Positions 12,231 to 24,786 of a DNA stretch of 64,000 nucleotides are shown here, in pieces. Position 1 is the stretch's first letter. Every line of letters starts with the position of its first letter. The notes beneath the pieces were generated by a model. It saw only the letters and a list, made by a program, of their open reading frames with translations. It did not search any database and was not told where the DNA came from. This DNA comes from Marsupella aquatica (taxonomy: Eukaryota > Plantae > Marchantiophyta): assembly GCA_973895155.1 (NCBI GenBank), contig OZ316893.1, forward strand, positions 21,870,955-21,934,954. The letters are read 5' to 3'. The translations under genes and the position numbers were made by a program.

Positions 12231-15200
12231 ACAACCCAAAATCAGCTTAGGTTTTGCTCTCTTGTGAAAAGGAGGCTTGCTAGACCAATTAAACTAGACA
12301 TGCACCATCCTGGAAAATAGTTAGTTATTTTTTGTCCTTCAGCAAAATAGATACTGCATATTCATAGTGGAAAATAGATAGTTATTGTGTCCTGTAGCAA
12401 AATAGAAAGACATCTATTCAGTCTTAATGAGGTAAATTTATTGTCAACTTTTGAAATTATTATTAGTTAGAGCAGTCTCAGTCCAAGTTAGAGTCTATCA
12501 GTGACTAATGTAGTACCATGCTTGGACCTGGACCTGGACCCGTGTCCAAGCACCACCGTATCTGTCATATTTTGATGTGACCCGAAAAATTCCCCCACAA
12601 CAACCACCATAAACTAAGTCTTTCCCGACCTTTACGTAAGCCTATCGTATGGTAATCCTCTAAAAAATCACTTCCTGTAGGTCAACTCCTTGCCTTGCGT
12701 TCTTATCCGTTGCATTTGATATTGTAAATAAAGCTCGTGGGTTCCCACCAGCTTAGTTTTTAATGTCTCTTTTCTCGGGCAGTTAGCTTTCTCGGGCACT
12801 TTGCTTATGAGAAACGTAAAACCGATAATTAAAGGGGGAGTAAACGGTCAGACCAAAACAGTCAAGGACCAACAATCACTCAAGGACCAGACACTTCAAG
12901 AGGGCAAGGGCGAAAAAAGTTGACAGATTGTGTGAGGCATCACTAAGTAACTAGCAGCTATGGAGGGTGCCTGTTCATTAGAGAAAGAAGCTGTCCAGAT
13001 TTCATCGGTTGGAATCCAGCTCAGGATTTGGAGGGAGATCAAGCATACATGAAGAACGCGGTCCCAAGGTTTGGCAAAAATCACTACCTCTGGCAAGAGC
13101 AGACAGGATTTGACCGACAAGATGCAACGAGATGTCGGAAGAGATGCAATGGAACGAGATGTCGGAAGAGTTGGTGGTCTTTACTGCATGGAGGATGTTC
13201 TTTTCGTGGTTTATTATAGGCCGCTATGGCCGTTTGATCCACCTTGATTTTATGACTTTAGCCTCACCTTTCTTGGTGTTCCGGTTCGAGTTTGATTTCG
13301 TTTTGTGTAGTTTCTAGGTTGTGTGCATTCTTTTTTCTTTTGTTGCAGATGATGAATCCGGGTGTGGATTTTCGCCAAGGCACAGTTGTTCAGGTCTTTG
13401 CGTTTGCTGGATCTCGTTTGGACTGAGTCAGCACTCATTTTTGCACAGGTAGTTGATTTTGCTTTTTGGGTGGGTGACGTCTTGTTGCTCAGCCCTTGTC
13501 CTTTAAAGTGGAAGACTTTCAGTGAGATGGGATTTTTGTCACTACAAAAAAACGGTGGTTCCCACACTACGCTATCAATACATCATATAGCTAGATTCTC
13601 CAGGTGGAAATTGTTTTACACAAGACACCGGAACATATTATTATAGACACACTCAGCGAGATTGCTCAGATGGAACTTGTGGCCCGTTCACATGTAATTA
13701 CAGGAAGTTTGTAGAACGAAATTGTAGCGAGACTTCGGGTGCTACCGTTTTTCACCTTATTGGAAGCCAGTGTGGCATATTCTTATTCAAGACTCGTAGT
13801 ACCGTCGAGCAATCAAGCATATTAAGGATTGCACACACACATGAAAAAGAAAACAATGGTAATACTGAAATCAATAGATGGCTTTTCATTGTAATTTCAA
13901 AGAGTCTTTGGCCGATGGCAAATGGCAAATGGAAGGAGTAATGTAATTGATACTGGTACAGAAAGTAAGATGGCAAACGATGGCAAATGAATGTAGTCAT
14001 GTAATTGATAGTTGGACAGAGAGTAACATCCGGCCCTGCATCCACTGTATGTGCTTCGAGAATAGGAGAGCCAGTGAAGCAACTTTCCAAAAATTCTACA
14101 GTACATGGAATTTCTCTTGACACATCCAAATGAAATATACTAGTTTCGTATAATTCCAGGTGCAGTAGTGGGACCAATTCATGACGAAATGTACAGGATC
14201 CCATCCTCGTGAACGACCAGGAGAGCTCGCATTTATCTGATTGGCGTTTTACTGAGTCCGGTTGATGAAGATGTGAGTGGCAGCTTCGAATTCGAACAAT
14301 TGAAATCATGTCGAACCTTGACAATTCGAACGATGTCATTATGGCTGGGCACTCTTCCTTGCTGTGCAGAATGCTGCCTCAAGTTAGAAGGTACTCGATC
14401 TCAATGATTCCCTTTCTGAGTACCGTCTAATCTCCCAACAAGTTCAACAATAAATGCCTCCCGCGTCGAGGGCTCCCTCCAATTAATGAGATGCTGTTGC
14501 TTACAGCCGGGATGGTATCCAAAATCTACACTGATAGTAGAGGTAAACGTACCACCTGGAAGAACGAGAGAACTGACATAATTATGATTAGTGGACTACG
14601 ACGGCACTCATATATGGATTTAGCCACCCTCATTTTGCCCCACGGTGAATCATTTGGCAACATCATCTTTGAGGAGGTAAAGTTAGTGAAAAGCTTTCTT
14701 TCTGGAGAGCACGCTGGTCACGCGGGCAGCGATCCCGCATTTGTACTAGTGTAGGGAATAACAAGGCATGGAGCTAACTGTAGCAATCTTGGAGCTTACT
14801 GTATCAACCACATCTTTCGAACTTCGGGAACTGAGCTGCGACTCTAAGAACGTAGGACTAGAAAAATCTAGTGAACTAGCTATAAGCAACAACTCCGCAC
14901 TGTTTCAAACGAAGACTTGTATCTATGATTTTTTTTGCTCCACTCCGGCAGGCGTTCTTTTCCTACTTTTGTCCTGAAACATGCATTTTCCTCATCGTTA
15001 TTTCCCACCGGAAGTCTCCCTCAATTGAATTCACCAAGTTCTGGGATGGTGATCGCTTCCCCACTACAGTGATAATCTGGCGATGAATTGGTCGATCGAA
15101 GCGTCCTTCCATCATGGTTCGTTTGTTGACTTGAGTTCGCGCCGAGTATATTCAAATCGTTTTCAGTCCTTTCCTCTCGAGCATACGACCCACCAACGGG

Positions 15201-15296
15201 GTGTCTGGTTCCATTTTGACGATTGGTTTGCTTTGCCAATACCTGGTGTCTCCATAATCTAAGAGTCTTTGGAGGTGAGTGGCCGAGCTTGAAAAG

Positions 15297-18200
15297 ATGA
15301 GTCGACTCGGAATGTTTGGTCGTTCACGAAACCCCTCCTCACCGAGCATTTACCGTGGCAAAGACAGAGACTTCTCTAGGAATTCAGGGCAAACGGAGCT
15401 TTGGTACAAGGCACTTGTCGGCGAAAATTGCGTCCAAATCAAGGATCTCTTAGACCGAGACCCTGGGCTCTTGAAAGAAGGATGGAACAAGGACCTTAGT
15501 CCGCACACAGAGGGATGGATCATATTGGAGGATCACTACCATCACTCTGCGGGACCGATAGAGCGCAGTGGCGGCAGGCCATGGAAGGGACGCACAGCGT
15601 TGCATGTGGCCGCAAGGCGAGGCTGTTTTGACCTCGTGAAGCAAATTATCGACATGTTCGACGACGAAGGGATCATGCTCGCAGCTCCGAATCGCCCGGG
15701 TGTGGTCGATGCGCAGAGGTCCAAGAACTCCGGGGATAGTACACTTATGAGCCTACTGGATGAGCTCGACGGCCTCTATCACATGGACGCGCTTGCCATG
15801 GCAGTGATAAATGGCAGCCCAGCTATTGTTGAAATCCTGGTGTTGGCCAAAGCCAAGAAACATAAAGAGTTCGTTGTCAAACCAATTGAAAGTCACAGTG
15901 AGCAGCTCCGAAAGATAACGGCGGATTTGTGGCAGGAGCGGGGGCAGGAGTCGACTGAACTGTCAGATTTACTCACAAATCTGTATAATGCTCATATTGA
16001 CTTCAACTTTCTACCTTGGGAAGAGTATTTCTTTCACTTCACCTTCGATTTCTCGCGTTTCTCGTACATAATTCCAGACTTTCACGGGTCAGTGGAGAAG
16101 GCTAGAAGCGTTGTAAGAAAAATCCAGCAGGACATACTAAAGAAAGCGTCAGACAACTCTGAACTTCTGCGCTACATCTTCCGACTTCAAGATGGACAGG
16201 GCAGAACTCCGTTGCACGTGGCAATTGAAGCAGACTGTAACACTGCGGAATACTTTATCAAAGATTTAATGAAAGATGTCCCCGCAGAACACTCCCGCTA
16301 CTGTCTGAATGTGCCTGACGGAGCGAAGAGGACGCCTTTGTATAGGGCAGCTGCTTTGGGCCACGAATCTATAGTCAGGGCTCTACTTGAGGATGGTAGG
16401 GTGGATCTCAACGCAACATTCGAAGTAAGTTCAACCGAGGAGTACCCGGGCCTTGATCATGTCCAGCTATCAGAGATAAATGGTTTCCAGAAAATATTCG
16501 AGACTCCCTCTCATGTAGCAACGGAGGTAACTGACTACAGATCGACAGCTCTCCATATTGCCATGGTTCATGGATTTGAAGATATTGCCCTCGCCCTTCT
16601 TGAAACGAAAACTATAGAACCCCCTATAGACTTGGAGAAGGAATGTCGGCGCGGGTATAAGAAAGCGTCCTCATCTGGGAGCTCGAGGAACCCGACGAAA
16701 AGCGCAGGCAGTCAGCATAGAGATGCGGGCTCAGGCTCTCCTTCGAAGGAATTCCCAGTTGGGATGGATCCGAAGAACCGCGACCCCGAAAGTCCGCATG
16801 GGGATGATCCGGTATGCTGTTTTCCGAAGAAGTCCTCAACTGGGGGAAACAATTGTAAGTTCCTCGGAATGGGTGGGTTGGGTGCTTTGGGACTTATCAA
16901 CCTCGCCATATTCACAAAATGCGACCGTGTTTTGCAACGCTTACTGCAAGAAGAGGTACGACATCTATCCCAAATCATCTGGGACAAATTGCTCTCTCGT
17001 CAATTTGGAGGCATCCGTATTAGCTCTCCACCTACTAGGCCAATTCAAAGCGACTCTCTCTGCTTGTTACTCAGGCTCAGATTATTTCCTTTTGTAGGAA
17101 ATTGGGCGTTTATAAAGATAAACGTACTCTTACCAAACTTAATATCTGTAGTTACTAGTTACAGTAGCTAGCTAAGGCCTCACTGTTTAGATCGTCAATT
17201 TTGGCGACAGTAGCTGAAATATCTGTGGTATGTTTTGTCCCAGAAATTGTGGAAACCAGCGCTTGAAGCGAGTCGCGAAAAGATCAAAAATTTCAAAAAT
17301 AATTGTTCCTGGAAAGATTTTTTCTGTGGAATCGTAGGGTCTATCGCTGTTCCAGGATTTAAGTCCATCAGCACAGCCAGAGAGGTTCTTAAATATGATG
17401 ACACGGGCATGCGAGGCCTCCATGTGGCTGCTGCATTAGGGAATCCTATGTTTATGAAGGTGTTCCTTGATAACGACTTCAATCCGTTGGAATTAGATGA
17501 TTTCGGCAATACAGGTTTGCATCATGCTGTTGGTGGAGGAACGATCCCACTTTCTATCCATTTGCTAGATTTTGTGGGCTGCAAGCATCTTCTTCATGAT
17601 CCTCTACAAAGGAAACGACTAGAGGTAGAAGATGTCCAGACTGATTGGCGGATGAGAAGATCAATGTTGAGGAAAGAGAGAAAGGTCCACGCAAGCCCAG
17701 CGGAAAGCCTCCACACAGGGATCAGTACAGATCATATTACCCGAAGAGCTTTTGGCCATAGACAAGGCTGTGTCCAAACCATGTTACAAGCAGGAGTTGA
17801 TGTCTGCAAAAAGAACAAGGCTGGGGAGATTTCTTCTCCCGGACTCGATGCAGATGAGAGTTTTGTAAGCTGGTGGTACGAAAAGATTGCAAGTGAAACT
17901 TCAGAGGACCGAACCAATTTGAATGGAGCAACCAACGCCATCTCGATCACGGCAGCCTTGATAGCAACGGCCTCGTACTTGGGACCGCTCACACCTCCTC
18001 TTGGAGTTGACCCGCAGTCTGATCGGTTGCAAGTGACGAATTTCGGTGTGAGGGTTTTCATCACTTGCGACACTTTGGCCTTTTATTTGGCCATTGCTGC
18101 GATCATATTCGCTTTGCTGCCAGCGCTACCTGTACAGCGGGAGTCCATATTTGATGAACTTCGTCGCTCACGAAGGACTGTCGCCGTAGCAGCCATCTGT

Positions 18201-18398
18201 TTGATGGGATCAACAGTGGCTGTGATCGGCGCTTTTGCTGCGGCATCTCTTGCTGTCACGCCGGATCCGGAGTCGTTGAGATACGCAGGTCTCACGTTAA
18301 CGACGGCTATCTTGGGCGGAGTGGTCTGCTATGTGGCGATCGTCTCCTTTTGTATTCGTTTCCTTCAATACGTCGTTAGTCTTGTAAACAGTGGGTGA
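15297..18398 (+). CDS. Ankyrin-repeat protein with C-terminal PGG transmembrane domain (ACD6/ITN1-like), ~937 aa, join(15297..16955,17244..18398)
   Basis: Ankyrin motifs GRTALHVAARRG, GRTPLHVAIE, RTPLYRAAALGHESIVRALL, TALHIAMVHG, GLHVAAALGN, GNTGLHHAV. PGG-type ITAALIATASYLGPLTPPLG followed by hydrophobic helices. Phase-0 intron GAG|GTACG...TTTTGTCCCAG|AAA joins the two long ORFs in frame. Confidence 0.9.
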
Positions 18399-19429
18399 TG
18401 TATCGCTCAAAGATCAACCCATTCGCATTAATTCAACCCAAAAATATCAAAGGCTTGACTACTTGAAGTTAGAATGTAATGAGCCACCGGTAGCAATTTC
18501 GTAATCCACCGTTTAGAGCAGAATGCAGATCGAAATTGGAACTATTGTAGAATTCTAGAATTGAGTGCTCGGAAATCTATGCTTCCAAGTTGTATATAGG
18601 ATGACTATTAGGGCTACTCTTACATATCAGAGGTCATGCAAGGAAACCTAGCAGGCAGTTCAGTATAACAATTTCCAATGTTGTTGAACGTTATCCCTCT
18701 GATCAATGACGCACGCTTCTCTTTCAGTGTCGCGATTATTTTGACACTGAATGGTTTGCTGAAACATTCGTACAACCCTGAGACCTCTGTAAATCAAAAC
18801 AGAGTTTCGATCTCGTTCCTGTATTCGTTGCGCATACATCAGTCTCCATGTGGCCCCATAGCCATTTGTGGATAAATGATGAGTGAATATACTTGACTAG
18901 AGGGCTACTCTGTTTCTTTCAGCTCTCACTACGGCCACATACAGTAGGCAAATTTCCAGCTTGTGACAGAATTTTGCTGCATCCAAATTAGGTAGAGAGA
19001 TTACCGAATCGCCTTCCTAAGCCTTTGCACTTCCTGGAAAATGTTCATGTAAGAATTCGATGGTCTAAACATCCAATCGTCCAATGAAGCTCCAACAAAA
19101 AAAATGATGATGAATGAAGTACACGACCATGGTATTCTGTCTGTCTTCAAGTGGGAACGAAATTTGATTCCCAAAACTCCATTCCAATCATCAGATCAAC
19201 ATTGTAAGCAGCAGTCAAGATTGGGTGGAACATACAAAAAAAGTCTGTCCTAACCCCTTCAAGCAAAACAAAATAGCATCTATGGCTTTCTCACCAAAAT
19301 TGCCCTGTTTCGCCAGAAACAAGAAATGAGACTACCAATCACTGTTTCTCGTTCAGCTAATTGAGACAGTCGGTGGATCTCGTGACCAGGGGAGTTGTCC
19401 TTCTTAGATGCATATCCTTGCTGTACAAT

Positions 19430-20776
19430 CTAATCTATTAATTCCCCAGCTGCCCGCCTCAGCATCTTCACTGCCCAATCCTCCTGGCTCAAAAAAGGGA
19501 AGTGTCCAGCGTCGACCCTCTCTATGACGTCAATCGCATGCGTCCCAGACTCTTTCGCTGCCTTAATCCACATTTCAGTGATTTCAAGACCGAAAGCCTG
19601 ATCCTTCTCACAGAGCACATAAGTCGTCGGGATGTACCTCCATGCTGAATAAGTCGTCTTGCTCCAGAAAACGCCTAGACTTTGCGGTTGGAGAATAGAT
19701 AACCAGTGAGCAGCAACATCGTCCGGGAGATCGTTGTAGAAGACCATTCGAGCAGCCGCACGAGGTGTCACAGCAATCCCGACCTGAGGATCATCCAATA
19801 GGCGATGAAGAAAACACATAAGGGCTCCAAACAACTCCAAATCAAAGAGGAGGAAAAACTGCGATGGAGAAACTGAGGCGTGTTTCTCCGCCGTGCAAAT
19901 TCACTGTTCTAGAGCTCAGTTTATATGTTGCTGACCTACAACCGTTATGGACAAGATCTGACAGAACGCACTGGACAGTGTGCTAATGGAATATCAATTG
20001 AATATCTTTAGCTAAATGACTGGTCAGTGGAGGCAAAAACGAGAAGAAATGTGCCAAACATGTCCAACGCAAAGAGGATAAATCAACCTAAAACATCGTT
20101 TTGGATGACATGGGATCGAAAATAATGCAGAGTGCTTCAGGAAGTATTAAATGGTTGAATTTGCCAGCGGTCTCAAGGGAATGGCTCCAAAAATCTCCAA
20201 TGCAAGGAGGATGAAGCAATTGAGTGATGCTAAACTTTGTGGTGCTAAACTTTGATCTGGTGTTCGGCCTAAACCATCTCCTTCAATGAGATTGGGCAGA
20301 AAATGCTACAACGTGTTACAACAAGTAATAAACAAAGATTGCGGAGCTGTGACAAGGACCTCGAGATCGCATTCCATGAAGGGAGCCATGAACGATACAT
20401 CGCCTCTCGGCCCCGCCTGAAATCCTTCCGGCACTATAGCAGCCGTGATGTAAACAAGCCTCACAACACCGCCTTTCAGGCCGTTTGCCTCTCGCCCCTT
20501 TTTCCCGAGACTCTCAAGAGCCTCTCCGCCAGGAATTCCGCTGTAAGAATGGAGCACGACGACGACATCCTTCTCTTGTTCCACGAGAGCTCTCACAGCA
20601 TCTCTAATTGCCGCGACGTCTTTGGTAAAATCCTCTGTCGGGGGCTTTCCCCCGACGGACGGAAGGGGCACGGCGATGGAGTCGTAGTTGTGGGCAGAGA
20701 GACTGGACCGAACGCCATCGTAGACCTGGGGAAGATGGGAGCCACCGGGCACGAAGACAAAATTGGGCTTAGACAT
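19430..20776 (-). CDS. Alpha/beta hydrolase (Abhydrolase_6, esterase-like), fungal-like, 256 aa, complement(join(19430..19783,20360..20776))
   Basis: FVFVPGGSH oxyanion region, nucleophile VLHSYSG, acid in YVLCEKDQA, His in DAGHFPFLS. One phase-0 intron of 576 nt (GAG|GTCCTT...CCTCAG|GTC) gives an uninterrupted frame. Confidence 0.9.
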
Positions 20777-21919
20777 GATGCACTCAATTAGAGATCTACT
20801 ATAATGAATGTCAAGACCTTATTGTGAGGACAAGACCATAGTCTCATCTACTAAAGCCAGAACTGTAATGAATGTCAAAACAATGAATGAATCAAACTTA
20901 TACACAGAACGGTACCGTGAAGTTGTGAATCTCTTGAAGAAGTGGGATGGTCAAACCGAGCTGATGGTCAAAACTAGATTTAGATGGCGGCCTCGGAAGC
21001 ACAACAATGAGAGATATCAACAAGACGAGATCCGGAAATTGCTGGGCTCTCGTGTTACTGATAACCATTTCTTTTAGAGTTTAGTCAAAACTATAAAATG
21101 TAAACTACATATAGGTCATTATATAAATACTTTAGTCTGGCCTTCATGGTAGTTCACAACTCATACAGCCTCAAGTAATTTGTTCATTGTTAAAAAAATC
21201 AAAAGAGTTTAATTTGCTTTGACTGGGCTTGAAAGGCCGAGTAAATGTGGGTTAACTGCACATCCATGGGACATCTAGCAGCAAATTACTAAGGTTCACG
21301 GGCATCCATCCCAGAAATAAACGGTGGGGGATCTACTTTGGCATAACCCTTAAGAGTGACATTAGCGATGAAAGACAACTTTACCAGATGCATACTAGTT
21401 ACATAGGCAAGTCTTGGAGGACATGGCTAGGGAGATCAGCAAGCTTCCTGCCTGCATCCTTTAGCCAGGTGTGAAGAGCAACGTTGACACCCCCTACTAC
21501 CCTGTTGGTTTTTAAGAAACTAGAGCCCAGATGGACTACTATGTTGTCTCCAAATATCCCCATGGACTGTGACAAGAGACAAACCATTTTACACCTAATC
21601 ACTAGAAAACCCAGCTGTGCCAAATAGATGATAAATCCTCTTATTAATTGCTCACTTACATTTTTGTCAGGGTATGAACATTATGTGCACTTAAAACTCC
21701 AATTGAGAATGTGAATGGGTTGCGACTGAAGATGCACATTTAAAATATCTTGTAGCTCCGTGACAGCAAACTACGCGAAGCACTCATTGTAGCAAATGTA
21801 ATGTCATATGAAAAATATGATTTCCAATAGCTCTGCATTGAAAAGTCAAACTGCTCTCCATATTAAGAGCAGCTCTCCCTGAAAAATATGATTCATTAAC
21901 AATTAATACTCCCAAAAAT

Positions 21920-23211
21920 TAGTTCGTGGACCCATCATGCACACTAGAGATTTTGCCGAAAGCCACGCTGTACAAGGCAATGCATTGTGAGGCGCTGCAG
22001 TACACGCAATCTCCTCTCGTCAGCGTTTGTGTGCTCATTCCCACTCCACTCCTGCCCTGTTTCAAGCATGTAATGACTGAGTTTGAGCTTCTTCTGGTGG
22101 GGTAGAGAGACCGGCTGTCCCTTTTCCTAGCAAATTCTTGTCAGTGAATGGCAGTGTTACAGTGTCGAACGAAGATGAAATTTTTGAAGCAAACATAAAT
22201 TTTGCAACTGTTGAGGCACTCAAGGAAGCATACATCAAGAGCACTTCAGAGTTTTCCCCAGTGGCTGAATCGACACAGATGGTCAAACTTCCATTGCCTT
22301 AACGAGTGTCGTGGATACCAATTCCACGATTGATACAAGCAATGAAAACCACTCTCCAGAAACGCCATTGAATGTTCTTAGCAAGGTATGCAACCTGACA
22401 AAACGAGAACTACTGAGAGATTGTGAAGCTAAGTCGTCAACTGCATCTGCAGCTTCGGAGAACAAATCAGACCGTGACGATTCAATAGGAATTGTTTTCA
22501 AGGAGCAATTTTGGTTCACATTTCCAAGACCGTCATCTTTGCAAATAGGCGCAGGCTGAGAGCACCAGGAGTTCCTCTCTATCCATTCCCGAATCAAAAG
22601 TCAGGCATAGGATTCAATCCTACCAACGAGCTGAATTAATTCGTTCTTCCCAAATGTCTAGTAAGTTCTGCAAAAACAATGCTTTCCAACGCAAACATCA
22701 CATTCAAGTTCAGAAGGAAACTTACGACACAGCAATAACTTGCTTGACGACAGCTCACGGTGGTGGTGATGGGGAGCCGTTTTGCAGTATCCCACGACAG
22801 ACTCGTAGAACCTTTGTTGTCAATAAAAATCGAAGGTTTGAAATTATTGCAAGCACCCTGGAATGTAATGGGCCACAAGATTTAATTAATTACTTATTAT
22901 TATTGGTTGGGGAATTGAACCAGAAAGAGGGTGGGCAGTCGGTTCTTCGGAATTAAAAAAACAGTTACGAGTCTACTACTAATTCAACATTCTGTTACCT
23001 AGGGTAAATAAAACGGTTATTTTTCAAATAGTTTTACATCAAGGTTTACGGCATGGCGTCCTCAATTTTACCAAAATCATGCCACAGACACGAATGTTGA
23101 AGCAATTTTATTTTGTAAACCAATCCCTACCTGTTTGCAGCGCGTCTCAATGATGTGGCGCGTTGTGGAGTCTCGAATTTTGGAAGGGACCTCTAGTGGG
23201 GTCCGTAAATA
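21920..23211 (+). mobile_element. Non-autonomous element, copy A (5' TAGTTCGTGGACCC; 3' hairpin GGACCTCTAGTGGGGTCC then GTAAATA)
   Basis: Both termini and ~170 bp of 3' subterminal sequence are shared with 32968..33798. Confidence 0.55.
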
Positions 23212-23673
23212 AAATCTCAAGTAGCTATGTAGCAATACAATTAGTCAAAACATTCCTTATAACAATGGCAATGGTCTTTGAAAATAGAATTCCACAACAA
23301 CACTCATGCAAATTAATTAATTTTAGCTTCTGCAATGGAAAATTTACTACAATCCTAGTTAGAAGAGCAATGCTCTATAAAAAAAAGAAGATTTTGCAAC
23401 AACATTCCCAGAGGTCACATAGTCATTTGGCAAAGTATCAATAACCTAGAAGCTCAAAAAAGTCTATGGAATATTTGTAATACATCTAAAGTATGAAAAA
23501 TGGACTTATTTGGGCTTTAGATTTGTACCATAACCTACTTTGTGCAAATTGTTTCTTTGGTTTATGGGTCATTGTCTTTCTTTTTTCTCCACTTTTGAGT
23601 GGATTATAAACATAATTCCTTTTTGAAAAATAATGTCTACCCTAAAATTTTCAGTTCCATGATCCTGACCAGC

Positions 23674-24173
23674 TTTTTTTTAGTGGCCGCAGAATTTTGC
23701 CAAATTCCACCTCCCAAAAAGCCTTTCCTCACTTTTGGCAAAAATTTGCTACTATTTTTCTATCTTATTAGCCAATGTTCCACCTAATCACAGGCCCCAT
23801 TAGCCAGAGTCTAACGGTCAACCTTAAATCTAGGGAGATCTGATGGTCAGGAAAATCATTGAATAGGGAATCTTTTGAGCATCTTTGCCCTCCACACCAA
23901 CTTAATTTTTAAGGGATTCTATTTTTAGCCAGTGTGCGATGTTGGCTTCTCTTAGGGAGGAGATTCTAGGAATATTTTCACCAGATTTTTCTGAACTAAA
24001 TAATGATAGTCAGATATCCCTAGATTTAAGGAGGACCATTAGATTGTGACTAGTGGGGTCATGATTTGGTGAAAAATTGGTCAATGGTGTTAATGAAATC
24101 TGGCCAATATTAGCCTAAAGGGGCAGACATTTTTGGGGGAGATGGAATTTGGCATAAAATGGCACTTAAAAAA
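23674..24173. mobile_element. Foldback MITE-like element with ~170 bp imperfect inverted arms
   Basis: GCCAAATTCCACCTCCCAAAAA and CCTTAAATCTAGGGAGATCTGA on the left match the reverse complements of TTTTTGGGGGAGATGGAATTTGGC and TCAGATATCCCTAGATTTAAGG on the right. Confidence 0.75.
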
Positions 24174-24232
24174 TAGGCGGCTTGACACAGTGTACATTCC
24201 CCACTCTGGCAAAAATGTAAAATCCTTAAAAA

Positions 24233-24382
24233 CCAAAATTTACACTAAAATTGATACAAACACGAATGAAAACTGTAAGTTGATTCATAAAATTGATGAG
24301 TCTTGTTTATTGCGGTTATTGTTGATGTGGCACACTCTAGTGCGAGTAATTTTGGAAAGTACCTCTCATGGGTCAGTAAATA
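24233..24382 (+). mobile_element. Isolated 3' end of the same family as 21920..23211 and 32968..33798
   Basis: CAAAATTTACAC...ACAAACACGAATGAAAACT...GATGAGTCTTGTTT...AATTTTGGAA..ACCTCT closely matches 33647..33798. Confidence 0.7.
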
Positions 24383-24421
24383 GGTCAGTAAATAGGCTGA
24401 TTTTGACACTAGTTCCGGGCA

Positions 24422-24559
24422 CACTTTTTGGGCATGCCAAAAAAACAGGGATGGGGCAGGTTTGAGACGCCCTAGGAGTCTCCCCTCTCCACTTTTTGGG
24501 CATGCCAAAAAAACAGGGATGGGGCAATTTTGAGACGCCCTAGGAGTCTCCCCTCCACT
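24422..24559. repeat. 68 bp tandem duplication containing two hairpins per unit
   Basis: Each unit has TTTTTGGGCATGCCAAAAA and GAGACGCCCTAGGAGTCTC. Confidence 0.9.
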
Positions 24560-24786
24560 GTAGTTCACATCTACCCCAATTCCTCACACAGTTAAACCCC
24601 TACCTCCACGTCCTTCCTACCGTATATAGAACGGATACGGAGTAATTTAATTAATTAATTTTAACGGTTCGCTAGATTGTTCTACGGTATTAATAACGTT
24701 TCGAATTTAGTGAATAACCAGACTACACGTGCCGTATAGCAGATCCTCACGCGCCGAGTTCATCTCATGAAAGGTCAGGTCTCTCG

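Noticed and set aside
13752-14754. 195-aa and 87-aa ORFs upstream of the ankyrin gene
   Set aside because: No recognisable motifs and no splice support.
19430-20776. Hydrolase as simple fungal contamination
   Set aside because: The 576-nt intron and continuous plant-like flanks argue against it, although only read data can exclude it.
20303-20791. 162-aa + strand ORF
   Set aside because: Antisense shadow of hydrolase exon 1.
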